The translations under genes and the position numbers were made by a program. Below are positions 9,523 through 18,985 of a DNA stretch of 64,000 nt, piece by piece. This stretch comes from Candidatus Thorarchaeota archaeon (GTDB lineage: Archaea; Asgardarchaeota; Thorarchaeia; Thorarchaeales; Thorarchaeaceae): NCBI GenBank assembly GCA_046482545.1, contig JAWOEX010000021.1:96001-160000 (forward strand), written 5' to 3'. A model generated the notes under the pieces. The model was given only the letters and a program-made list of their open reading frames with translations. It made no database searches and was not told where the DNA came from. Numbering within the stretch: position 1 is the stretch's first letter; each line of letters opens with the position of its first letter.

Positions 9523-10158
9523 ATGAATCGGGGGCATTTAGAGCAGTACCACATCCGCCGAACGCGGTACGTTCCGATTGCCTCCCTAATGACCGCGCTC
9601 GCCCTCATAGGCATGTATGCACTTGTTGGTATCCCCAATGTTGAGCTAGGAACAGTCATTCTCTTCGTCACAGCGCTAGTATTCGGACTAAAAATGGGAA
9701 TAGGCAGCATGTTGATAACGGCTGCCCTCTATGGATCATTGAATCCATGGGGTGGGCTTATTCCACAGATATGGATTAGTCAAGTGTTAGGATGGCTTTT
9801 GATTGTAATAGTTGGAAGCCTTCTCGGACATTCAGGGCCCAACTTAAAGCAATCACAACGAAACGGATTAGAGTTCTTTATACTCGGTGCTTTTCTAACA
9901 ATCTATTTTGATGCGGTAACAAATCTTGGATATTCGCTGTCAACAGGTATTCCCTACGCCACCGCACTTATAGTGGGACTGCCCCTTATGGTGATTCATG
10001 TACTATCAAATGCTTTCCTCTTTGGGATTGTCGTTCCCCAACTTGAGTCAACCATAAGAAGGGAGTTTGGTAATGATATATGGGAGCCCGTTATCAAAAA
10101 TGATGACACAAACAATCCGAAAACTGTGGAAGCATCTCACTTGATAAAAGAGGGGTAG
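9523..10158 (+). CDS. ECF S-component, CbrT-like (cobalamin)
   Basis: IPNVE motif, 5-6 TM, HVLSN; adjacent to DUF4430 gene. Confidence 0.7.
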   Translation: MNRGHLEQYHIRRTRYVPIASLMTALALIGMYALVGIPNVELGTVILFVTALVFGLKMGIGSMLITAALYGSLNPWGGLIPQIWISQVLGWLLIVIVGSLLGHSGPNLKQSQRNGLEFFILGAFLTIYFDAVTNLGYSLSTGIPYATALIVGLPLMVIHVLSNAFLFGIVVPQLESTIRREFGNDIWEPVIKNDDTNNPKTVEASHLIKEG

Positions 10159-10166
10159 ATGAACTC

Positions 10167-10805
10167 TTGCATTGGAAAGAACAGATTAAGAAGCTTGTAC
10201 AGCCAGCGGAGGGGCGTGTGTCTCCCGCCTTCAAACCGCACCATGTTGCTGTTGCAATTGTGATGATTGGTCGAAGACAACCCCTTGGGCGATACGAACT
10301 CTGTGACACCATGTCAATTGGTGAGGGGAGTGCCAGAACTCTGCTAAGACGCCTAGGAGAAAGGGATTACATCACAGCCGAGGGACGACAAGGGCAGAAA
10401 CTGACACATACAGGTCAAGAGATATTCGAGGCAATGATCAATGATATTCCGCGAGGGCTCTATCTGGATGTTGAAGGGCTCGCAATGTATGAAATCTCCT
10501 ACGGCAATTTGGTGAAACAGAAGGCGGAAGAGGTCACGGATGGTATAAGACAACGTGATGAAGCAATAATCCAAGGAGGCTATGGTGAAGCAGGAGCAAC
10601 AACATTGGTCTGCAAGGAGGGACTGCTGCTCATGCCGCCGAATAATTTCAACCCTCTCCTCAAATACGAAGACGAGACACTACTAATTATGGATAGTTTG
10701 CGACCCAAGGATGGGGATGTAGTAGTAATTGGATCAGCGAATAATAGTGGACTGGCAAGAGAAATCGCAATGGCATCTTCTATGACGCTCCTTGGTGAGG
10801 AATAG
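10167..10805 (+). CDS. DUF4443/DUF2111-like winged-helix protein
   Basis: P.GR..L...M.IGEGSARTLL.RL; DGIRQRDEAI..G..GATT. Confidence 0.75.
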   Translation: MHWKEQIKKLVQPAEGRVSPAFKPHHVAVAIVMIGRRQPLGRYELCDTMSIGEGSARTLLRRLGERDYITAEGRQGQKLTHTGQEIFEAMINDIPRGLYLDVEGLAMYEISYGNLVKQKAEEVTDGIRQRDEAIIQGGYGEAGATTLVCKEGLLLMPPNNFNPLLKYEDETLLIMDSLRPKDGDVVVIGSANNSGLAREIAMASSMTLLGEE

Positions 10806-10807
10806 GC

Positions 10808-11614
10808 ATGCAATCTGACATTTACGGCAACGTGCCGGACATAGTTATAGATGTCCACGAAACGAAGGGCAAGCGGAAGAACGCAGTGAAGCATCTTATG
10901 TCCATGTTGGACAAAGAAGAAATTAACTATACAGTAGAAAAGCTGCCGATTGGCGATGTTCTAGGCACTGACGGGATTGCAATCGAGCGAAAAACCGTAA
11001 ATGATCTTGTGCATACCTTGACAGGAAGCAAATCTGGCGTCCCACGTCTTAAGAAACAGATGGACGCTCTTCTTGAATATGAGCAACCATACTTACTCAT
11101 TGAGAACTTGCTTGCAGTCCGCCGCGACCCGATGAAAGGATGTGTGTATATCCCCTTTTCTTCAAAGAAGACGAAAAAGAAAGGGGGATATTACGTGACC
11201 ATGGAGCGTGCAAGTTTCATCCATCCAAATTCGCTGGATGGATTGATTGATAGCATACGTGATCGCGGTATTGATATTCTAGAGGGTTTCAACGCGCTTC
11301 ATTCAGCTGGACTTCTTTTCGGTATCCTAAATGAACAAGACTGGGATGAAAGAGAGGTTACGCGGTTACCTGTAATTAGGACCCGGAAAGGGCTTGATAG
11401 CATGAGCGATGAACAGGAGTTCTTTGTGGCAGGTTTCCCTAACATCAACGCTGTCAGAGCAAAACAACTCTTGGAAAAATTCGGGAGCCCTTTCGAGGTT
11501 GTTACACGTACAGACGAATGGGGAGAAGTTCACGGAATAGGGCCCAAGACCGTTGAGGGGGTACGGAAAATGCTGTTTTCTAGTTATGAACCAGAGAAAG
11601 AAGACACGCCGTAG
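10808..11614 (+). CDS. Short XPF/ERCC4 nuclease with HhH motifs
   Basis: IVIDxHE, LPIGD, ERKTVND catalytic motif; GFPNI and HGIGPKT HhH. Confidence 0.88.
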   Translation: MQSDIYGNVPDIVIDVHETKGKRKNAVKHLMSMLDKEEINYTVEKLPIGDVLGTDGIAIERKTVNDLVHTLTGSKSGVPRLKKQMDALLEYEQPYLLIENLLAVRRDPMKGCVYIPFSSKKTKKKGGYYVTMERASFIHPNSLDGLIDSIRDRGIDILEGFNALHSAGLLFGILNEQDWDEREVTRLPVIRTRKGLDSMSDEQEFFVAGFPNINAVRAKQLLEKFGSPFEVVTRTDEWGEVHGIGPKTVEGVRKMLFSSYEPEKEDTP

Positions 11615-11676
11615 CATTTAATAAACGATAACTATTTTATGACCAAATAATAGTTACAAAACAAGGATGGTTACAT

Positions 11677-12765
11677 ATGGGCGACGATGTACGTATAGCC
11701 ATAGCTGGACTGGGAAATTGTGCCTCTGCACTCATACAGGGTGTGCATTACTACAAAGATGCAAAAGCAGATGAAGAGGTTCCGGGCCTAATGCATGTTG
11801 ACTTTGGGGGATATTTTCCGAAACACCTCAAGTTTGTGGCGGCTTTCGAAGCAAATGAGCGGAAGATAGGCAAAGATATCTCTGAAGCAATTTGGGAAGA
11901 CCCAAATTGTTGTGAGAATTTTGTACCTGATTTACCCAAAACAGGTGTCGAGGTATTACCTGGCCCAATTTCGGATGGTGTTGCAGACCACATGATGGAT
12001 TCATTCTATGCCTATGATGATGATATTGAGCCCGTTGATGTGGCTGAAGAGCTCAAAGAAGCAGAAGCCGATATGTTGATTAACTATCTACCTGTGGGAA
12101 GCGCTGAAGGGGCACGGATATATGCAAAGGCGGCTCTCGAAGCCGGTGTTGCATTTGTCAATGCTATCCCCGAGTTTATTGTTTCCGACCCGAATGACCC
12201 AATAACCACGCAGTTCAGGGAGAAAGGCATACCATGTGCTGGTGATGATATCAAAAGCCAGCTAGGTGCTACCATTCTGCACAGAGTCTTGGCACAGCTG
12301 TTTGACAAGCGTGGTCTGATTGTTAATAATACATATCAGCTGAATATTGGAGGTAATACTGACTTCGAAAATATGCAGGTTGAGGATCGGCTGAGCAGCA
12401 AGCGAGTCAGTAAGACAGAAGCGGTCACAAGCTGCGTCAAGTATCATCTACCGACCAAAATCGGTCCGAGTGACTATGTCCCATTCCTTGACGATAATAA
12501 GATATGCTACATCTCCATGCGAGCCAATTCGTTCGGAGACCTTCCAGTAGATGTGGATCTCAAGCTTTCAGTTCAGGACTCACCAAACAGTGCTGGAGTC
12601 ATCATTGATGTGGCCAGAGCAATAAAGATAGCACTTGACCGGGGTGTAGGTGGCGAACTCTCAAGCATCAGTTCATACTCGTTCAAACACCCAAGATATC
12701 AAATTGATGACTTTGAGGCACGAAAGAGAGTAGATGAATTCATAGCTGGAGAAAGAGAGCGCTAG
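11677..12765 (+). CDS. ino1: myo-inositol-1-phosphate synthase
   Basis: AGLGNCASAL, NYLPVGS, GDDIKSQLGAT, GGNTDF, DSPNSAG. Confidence 0.96.
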   Translation: MGDDVRIAIAGLGNCASALIQGVHYYKDAKADEEVPGLMHVDFGGYFPKHLKFVAAFEANERKIGKDISEAIWEDPNCCENFVPDLPKTGVEVLPGPISDGVADHMMDSFYAYDDDIEPVDVAEELKEAEADMLINYLPVGSAEGARIYAKAALEAGVAFVNAIPEFIVSDPNDPITTQFREKGIPCAGDDIKSQLGATILHRVLAQLFDKRGLIVNNTYQLNIGGNTDFENMQVEDRLSSKRVSKTEAVTSCVKYHLPTKIGPSDYVPFLDDNKICYISMRANSFGDLPVDVDLKLSVQDSPNSAGVIIDVARAIKIALDRGVGGELSSISSYSFKHPRYQIDDFEARKRVDEFIAGERER

Positions 12766-12798
12766 GTGTACAGAACAGTACCCTAGCCTTTCCCCCAT

Positions 12799-13923
12799 CT
12801 ATATTTCCGTGAAGCTTTTCGCTTTATCTTCATCAAGTCGTTGGATAACCTCGACTAATAACCTCACAGCGTTTTCCACATCATCGAAATCAAGCATTCC
12901 ATGATGAGAATGAATATGTCTTGTGGGTATACCTATGAACAATGAGGGGGCACCCATGCCGGTTATATGGATAATACCAGCATCTGTACCACCACTCTTC
13001 AAGAACGCCGGCTGATGCTTCACGCCAATTTCCTCAGCGATATCTAAAACGAATCTTCTAAATCTAGGGTTCGGTATCATTGAACCGTCGCCAGCAGAAA
13101 TCGAGACGCCATTGCCCATCTTCTGGACGAGATCTTTTGCACCGGGAACATCACCGGATATGTCAACGTCGAGGGCGAAACCTAAATCAGGTTTGACCAT
13201 TTGTGCAGCCGTCCTAGCTCCTCGAAGACCCACTTCTTCCTGTGCGGTGGATACAGCATAAATGGTATTGGGATGATTCAGGTTATTGGTGCTAAGACGA
13301 CGTAACACTTCTAACACAATGAAAACACCAATTCTATCGTCGAAGGCTTTTGCCACCCCGACGATGGTTTCATGAGTAGTTTCTTCCTCATTATCATCGT
13401 CTTCCTCTTTCCGAATCCGATCCATTGTTCGGAATTGTGCGTGGGGTACAGCTGGGTCGCCAACTTGGATACCTAACCCCTCTACTTCCTCCTTGGAACT
13501 GCAGCCAATATCGATATACATGTCTTTCATTTTAACTGGTTTCTTCCTTGTTTCATCATCCAGCACATGTGGAGGTGGGGCCCCAATCACCCCGATTATT
13601 TTGTCGTCCCCATTAGATGGTTTGATAACAACCTCATGAGTTAGCAATGTCTGATCCCACCAGCCTCCTAAGCTGTGGAATTTCAAGAAACCATCTTTTT
13701 TTATCTCAGTAACAACGAAGCCTATTTCATCGATATGCCCTGCAAGCATGATTTTTGGTCCAGAATCTCCGCGTTTGAAAATGACAGAGCCCATCCTATC
13801 ATACAACACTTCGTCTGCAAATTCCTCTCCATAATCTCGTGCAAGCCTCTGAGCCTCATGTTCAAAACCACTAGGGCCAAAGGCATTGCATAGACGCTCC
13901 AAAAAATCGATATCTAAGTCCAT
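12799..13923 (-). CDS. M42 family (TET) aminopeptidase
   Basis: AGHIDEIG, KAFDDR, QEEVGLRGA, GGTDAG, RHIHS. Confidence 0.95.
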   Translation of the reverse strand: MDLDIDFLERLCNAFGPSGFEHEAQRLARDYGEEFADEVLYDRMGSVIFKRGDSGPKIMLAGHIDEIGFVVTEIKKDGFLKFHSLGGWWDQTLLTHEVVIKPSNGDDKIIGVIGAPPPHVLDDETRKKPVKMKDMYIDIGCSSKEEVEGLGIQVGDPAVPHAQFRTMDRIRKEEDDDNEEETTHETIVGVAKAFDDRIGVFIVLEVLRRLSTNNLNHPNTIYAVSTAQEEVGLRGARTAAQMVKPDLGFALDVDISGDVPGAKDLVQKMGNGVSISAGDGSMIPNPRFRRFVLDIAEEIGVKHQPAFLKSGGTDAGIIHITGMGAPSLFIGIPTRHIHSHHGMLDFDDVENAVRLLVEVIQRLDEDKAKSFTEI

Positions 13924-14059
13924 TATTACACTTCATCCTTCTTGTGCTATCACGCAGGAATTCACTATAATTATGCTTATCGGCAGGACCAATCAAAGAA
14001 TATAGAATAATATCATCTAGTCATGATTTTCGGCATATAAGAAGCAAGAATGGGTAGGT

Positions 14060-14626
14060 TTACAGTACCACGTTTTTTGCAAGCATCTCAAAAGCTTCTT
14101 CCACGTTCTGACCTGTTAGGGCACTGGTTTCCAGATACCCCGCTAAATCCTTCTTGATAACATATTCACGAGCTACTTCGGAACTGATAGTCCGTTGATC
14201 GTCCAAATCAACTTTGTTGGCCAGTACAATGATTGGAATGGACTCGTCTAGGGCTTTCTCGGTTTCTGCAATCCAATTGTCAAGAACATTGAATGTTGAT
14301 TTCCGGGTGGTGTCGAAGACCAGCAAGGCTCCCTTTGCCCCGCGATAGTAGCTGTTTCGGATGAAGTCAAATCGCTTTTGTCCTGCCAAATCCCATATGA
14401 GAAGCTTAACTCGCTTCTCATTGCCACTTGAATCGTTTACCGGTACTATCTTCACGGCGAATTGGCTTCCAATGGTTACTATGTATTGTTCAGTAAAGCG
14501 GTTGGTTAGAAATCGGTTGACTAGAGCGGTCTTTCCGCTACCTCCAGCTCCTATCATGACCACTTTTCGTACAACGTGGAAATCTTGAGATGGTGAATTT
14601 GACACCGAATAATCCATTTCAATCAT
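14060..14626 (-). CDS. Rab-like small GTPase
   Basis: GAGGSGKT, TIG, KLLIWDLAGQ, SYYRGA, NKVD, ETSA; no C-terminal Cys. Confidence 0.93.
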   Translation of the reverse strand: MIEMDYSVSNSPSQDFHVVRKVVMIGAGGSGKTALVNRFLTNRFTEQYIVTIGSQFAVKIVPVNDSSGNEKRVKLLIWDLAGQKRFDFIRNSYYRGAKGALLVFDTTRKSTFNVLDNWIAETEKALDESIPIIVLANKVDLDDQRTISSEVAREYVIKKDLAGYLETSALTGQNVEEAFEMLAKNVVL

Positions 14627-14836
14627 CCCATAGCCTTCGTCTTAGACAATTCATGTTGGTACAAGGGAAGCGTTTAGGCCTTATTTCTATATGATACATA
14701 TAGCCTTTTTCGGGTCAGACAATCACTGCGCATTGAGACATCTAGACAATCAGGATTGGCGCGTTATTTTCTCCATTACACTACGAACCAGAAGATATTA
14801 TATCGCTACGAAGAGCTAGAATTTTACGCCGGGAGG

Positions 14837-15034
14837 ATGACGAAGATGCAATTGGTAACAGTAAAAATGAATCAACTTTACATTAAATCGCTAGACAAGC
14901 TTGTTGAACTAGGCATGTATCCTTCCCGTAGCGAAGCTATACGAGTTGCAATACGAGATCTCCTGCAGAAAGAACTATGGCCGGAGGAGGGCATGCCAGC
15001 TAAACAAGAGCTGCGTGCTGAGACCTCCGAATAG
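14837..15034 (+). CDS. Ribbon-helix-helix regulator (CopG/CdrS-like)
   Basis: LVTVKM....LDKLVELGMYPSRSEAIRVAIRDLL; GGAGG upstream. Confidence 0.88.
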   Translation: MTKMQLVTVKMNQLYIKSLDKLVELGMYPSRSEAIRVAIRDLLQKELWPEEGMPAKQELRAETSE

Positions 15035-15123
15035 GGGCCTAATCAGGAATAATATATAAGCGAAACAACTAACACAATATACTTTAGTAGCACAATTCAA
15101 AGAGAAAACGGGGCACGAGAATA

Positions 15124-15654
15124 ATGAATCTGGGAATTCTTCTGAAGAGTATGAAACTAGCCTTTCGATCGAAGAGACGCGTTCTTTCATTCATAGTCAT
15201 TTATTCAATACTCATCGTGCTGGTAGCAAAAGGGATTCAAGGTTCAGCTGGTTCCCTTCTGGAAATGCTCTTGTGGCCCCTGACTGCGCTGGTGGTTGCA
15301 ACAGTGTATGCCATATTGATATCGCAGTTCCGTAAGCGTGATGTAAGCATCCTCAAATGCATCGGCTGGACAAATCACGATGTGATGCTTCTGGTGGTAG
15401 GTGAGGTGGTTGTCGTTTCATTAGCCGCGTTTTTCCTAGTTTTCCAAGTCAGTGTCGAAATCCTAGGGTTGGTTGCCTATTTTGAGGGGTTGGACACAGG
15501 ACTCCTCCAAATGCTACTGGACCTTATCGCAGTCGAATGGCAGCCAATGCTCGTTACACTCATCTATATCGTAGTGCTACAGCTTCCAGGAGTCGGTCTA
15601 GCACATTACCGCATGATGAAAATACCGCCTATGCAGGCGCTAAGGGAGGAATAG
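15124..15654 (+). CDS. Minimal FtsX/MacB-type ABC permease
   Basis: RKRDVSILKCIGW, IPPMQALREE; 4 TM, no extracytoplasmic domain. Confidence 0.8.
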   Translation: MNLGILLKSMKLAFRSKRRVLSFIVIYSILIVLVAKGIQGSAGSLLEMLLWPLTALVVATVYAILISQFRKRDVSILKCIGWTNHDVMLLVVGEVVVVSLAAFFLVFQVSVEILGLVAYFEGLDTGLLQMLLDLIAVEWQPMLVTLIYIVVLQLPGVGLAHYRMMKIPPMQALREE

Positions 15655-15656
15655 GC

Positions 15657-16343
15657 ATGACTAATCCAATCCTAAGAGCAGAAGAAGTGAACAAGGAGTA
15701 CGGTCGGGGAAAGAAGACAGTAGCTGCACTCAAGAGTGTTGATATAGAAGTAGCCCCGGGCGAGTTTGTGGCGGTCCATGGACCATCTGGATGTGGTAAG
15801 TCAACTCTCTTGCATGTCATGGCTGGACTCGAACAGCCAACTTCTGGTCGAATTCTGATTGATGGCGTTGATGTAACATTGGTCAGTGAAAGGGACCTTC
15901 CACGCCTCCGCGCAAAGAAGATTGGATTTGTCTTTCAATCATTCCTCCTCATCGAAGATTTGACCTCATTTGAGAACGTACAGTCAGTTTTGTGGCCAGA
16001 TGAGGAATTGAACAAGAAGAAACAGGAAGCGAAGGCCCTTCGAGTATTGCGCGAAGTTGATATGTTAGAACGTAAAGATCATTTTCCACGCCAACTTAGC
16101 GGCGGAGAACAACAACGGGTAGCCATAGCTCGTGCACTTGTTAATGATCCGCCGATTCTCTTTTGCGATGAACCCACGGGCAATCTTGACTCAGAAAGTG
16201 GCGAGTCAATCATGAAAATCATCGCCAAGCTGAACAAGGAAAAAGGTATGACTGTAATTCTTGTTACGCACGATGAAAGTCTGGCAAAATTCGCCCAGAG
16301 AATCCTTCGTATGAAAGATGGCGTAATCACCTCCGATAAGTAA
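15657..16343 (+). CDS. ABC ATPase (LolD/MacB/FtsE type)
   Basis: GPSGCGKS, LSGGEQQRVAIARA, DEPTGNLD. Confidence 0.95.
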   Translation: MTNPILRAEEVNKEYGRGKKTVAALKSVDIEVAPGEFVAVHGPSGCGKSTLLHVMAGLEQPTSGRILIDGVDVTLVSERDLPRLRAKKIGFVFQSFLLIEDLTSFENVQSVLWPDEELNKKKQEAKALRVLREVDMLERKDHFPRQLSGGEQQRVAIARALVNDPPILFCDEPTGNLDSESGESIMKIIAKLNKEKGMTVILVTHDESLAKFAQRILRMKDGVITSDK

Positions 16344-16427
16344 AGAAAATTGCGGATAATTTGCAGTGGCTAAGGTTTTGGAGCAATAGAGAGAATTTGT
16401 CAGAAAATGAAGAGTGTGTAGGAATCC

Positions 16428-17255
16428 ATGGCCATTGAGGATTGTAAGGAAGCTCAGGCTATTGCAGAGGCAAGAGCCAAAGAGGGTAAAAACAAAGTTG
16501 CTATGAATTTATTCTACAAGACAGCAGAATGCTGGAACCGCTGGGAATCGTTTGTGAAGGCTGCTCAAGCGTATGAAAGAGCGTACGAACACGGGATGTT
16601 GTGCCATGAGTACAGTACTGCAATTGACTATCTCCTCAAGGGAGCAATGGCGTGGATAAGACAAGGAGAATACGAGAAGTTTGAACTTGATTATCAAATA
16701 GCTGCTGAAGGGCATATTATGGCTGCAGAGAAAGACAAGAACCCCCAACACTTCATTGAGGGGGCGTTCTGTGCCATCGTTGGAGGAGATATAGATTTCG
16801 CCAAGGAGCTTATCCATGCGTCAGTAGAGACCTTGAAAGGAACTGCAAAGGAAAAAACAAACCTTGCCTTGATGCTTCTTGAATATCAGTTCGGTGATGC
16901 TGACAGATACATCGAATCTGCTCTAAAGAGAGTGCTCGATAGGAAAGGGGTGAAGAAAGTTCGACAAATTTTTACATTGACCTTTGAAGGATTTGTGCGA
17001 ACTTCTCTAGAATCTGAAGCGGCTGTAACTGTTACAAGCCTTTCAGAAAGCACAGGGTTGTCAGAGAATGTAGTGGAATCGCTTGTCAGAAGAGGCACAA
17101 GAAATGGACACATTCCTGCATTTCTTGATGAGGAAGCCCTCGAACTGATAGTTGATTCGGACCGCTTCGACCTGTCGAGGCTGAAACGAAGAAAAGGACC
17201 TATACAAAGCCGTGAACTGGAGGATCCAGGAGCTTGGGATATGGAACTAGACTGA
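16428..17255 (+). CDS. SNAP/TPR-like repeats + PCI-like winged helix
   Basis: KAAQAYERA-type helical repeats; C-terminal VTVTSLSESTGLSENVVESLVRRG..NGHIPAFLDE matches the PCI wHTH pattern. Confidence 0.6.
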   Translation: MAIEDCKEAQAIAEARAKEGKNKVAMNLFYKTAECWNRWESFVKAAQAYERAYEHGMLCHEYSTAIDYLLKGAMAWIRQGEYEKFELDYQIAAEGHIMAAEKDKNPQHFIEGAFCAIVGGDIDFAKELIHASVETLKGTAKEKTNLALMLLEYQFGDADRYIESALKRVLDRKGVKKVRQIFTLTFEGFVRTSLESEAAVTVTSLSESTGLSENVVESLVRRGTRNGHIPAFLDEEALELIVDSDRFDLSRLKRRKGPIQSRELEDPGAWDMELD

Positions 17256-17414
17256 TATACTTTGTCTGTAACCATCAAAACTTTCGCAGTTTTGAAGGTT
17301 ACCTCAGAAAGATTTTTACCACAACTAAACCGGTTATGTTTAAGAATCAATAAATATGCAATAACGTTTTTAGTATGGGTTCAGAATTGCGCAACAACGC
17401 GCCTGGTGATATGA

Positions 17415-17633
17415 ATGTCTGAAGGGCTAAGGTGGTTCCGGTGTCCAGTTTGCAAGAAGACAATATACTGGAAGCTGCCAACTGACACCCTAAAACAAGT
17501 AGAGCGATTTCCAGCACCTCTTGTGATTAAACACGAAGATCACTACCTCATCGTTTATGTTGACAGTCATTATCAGCTGGCTGACACGGAAATAGCTGTA
17601 GCATTTGTCGAGGGCATGGGCGAGCAGGAATAG
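17415..17633 (+). CDS. Small Zn-binding protein (CPVC...HEDH)
   Basis: CxxC...HxxH; GGTGA SD upstream. Confidence 0.75.
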   Translation: MSEGLRWFRCPVCKKTIYWKLPTDTLKQVERFPAPLVIKHEDHYLIVYVDSHYQLADTEIAVAFVEGMGEQE

Positions 17634-17694
17634 CGGAATCTCATTTTATGATTCTAGCATCCTCTTTTTTGCGGAACACCAGAAAACCGTTCAT

Positions 17695-18246
17695 TCAGAT
17701 TTTGTCAAGTCCGTTATCCAGAGCCCATTCAAGGACTTGTTGAGCCTGAGAACTGGATAGTCTCCACCCGCGCAGATTAGATACGAGTTTACGGATACCA
17801 CCTAACCAATCTCGAAGCACACTGTTGACTCGTGCTCGAAGTGATTCGTCCTCCAATTCTTCCAGAAGAGGCAAGAACTTGCCAACCAGACTTTGGGACA
17901 GAGCCAGAACGGTTTCAACCCTTGCTAGCCACTCCTCACGTGGGAGGCCATCGAGGGTCTGAGCCACAGAGAGGTGATAATCATATTGAGCTGTCAAGTA
18001 TCTCAAACGCCAGCTTAAAAATTCAATAAGTAAAGTAGCATGAGCATTACTCGGAGCAGTTTTGATTACTAAGTCAAGAAAACGCTGTGTCATCGCATCA
18101 GCTGACTGGCTGGCATCGAAATACAGGGCTATCGCTTGCTGGTAGTCTTGGCTCGTCAGATAGTCTGCAGCTTCTTTTGTTGCTTCCTTGAACCGTTGGA
18201 TGACCTCTTTTGTCGGTTTACCTTCAGCGTATTCCATCTTGGTCAC
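17695..18246 (-). CDS. Hypothetical all-helical protein
   Basis: 183-aa ORF with protein-like composition; 12 bp downstream of the 18259-18663 gene. Confidence 0.75.
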   Translation of the reverse strand: MTKMEYAEGKPTKEVIQRFKEATKEAADYLTSQDYQQAIALYFDASQSADAMTQRFLDLVIKTAPSNAHATLLIEFLSWRLRYLTAQYDYHLSVAQTLDGLPREEWLARVETVLALSQSLVGKFLPLLEELEDESLRARVNSVLRDWLGGIRKLVSNLRGWRLSSSQAQQVLEWALDNGLDKI

Positions 18247-18258
18247 ACACTACTATGG

Positions 18259-18663
18259 CTATTCGTGGAGGTGGTGGAGCTCGGTCTCTAATACCACATC
18301 GAGCTGGTCCAACCAACCTCGAAAGTCTTCCATTTTATCCTCTGGTTTTCTAGAAAAGTAACCTTCCCATACACATTTGTCACTTAATGGACAAAAGCCT
18401 GTTGAATGAATTAGGCGTAATTTGAGTTCTCGCATCCGTTTCAGGAGAAGGTGTGAAACCTCCTCAAAGGATGAAACCATGACACATACGCGCAGCAAAG
18501 AAATCTCGGAGTTTTGAACCGGAATCAACCGGATAAAATTGCTTCGCGTTCCAATGAGTAAAACAGTTTCTCCTTCTTTGAAGCCCACATCATTTTGGAG
18601 CGCTCCAAGGCTGATTCTACCATCCAGTACTGTAGCAAGAATTCCGTTCGTCAGCTCCTTCAT
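18259..18663 (-). CDS. AbrB-like + ACT-like domain protein
   Basis: DGRISL...VGFKEGETVLL AbrB pattern; ferredoxin-like C-terminus with STGFC..C.WEGYF. Confidence 0.55.
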   Translation of the reverse strand: MKELTNGILATVLDGRISLGALQNDVGFKEGETVLLIGTRSNFIRLIPVQNSEISLLRVCVMVSSFEEVSHLLLKRMRELKLRLIHSTGFCPLSDKCVWEGYFSRKPEDKMEDFRGWLDQLDVVLETELHHLHE

Positions 18664-18985
18664 TCATAGCACACTCCTTGCCCACCCGGTTGCTAATCGT
18701 AGTTCTTGATCTCATAGCCAACGCCACTCCGTCCAATCGGATTCGGTCGGAACAACAGCGACATCTCTGTAACCAAGCAATTGCGCACTGTCGAGTATAG
18801 GTTCTCGATATCTGCAGAAATGTTCCCATCCTGCCTTAATAAGTTGAACATAATCCATTTCAACAAGCACACATTCATCCTACTAACTTCTGTTAGTCAA
18901 TTTAGCCCAAGTTTCTTGCGCTTTGCTTCTATATTGTAAATATCAACTGGTAGTGATATGTATGTTTTTTGCAGATATGGCTAAG

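Noticed and set aside
18693-18878. 61-aa ORF upstream of the AbrB-ACT gene
   Set aside because: No motif or clear SD; cannot be supported
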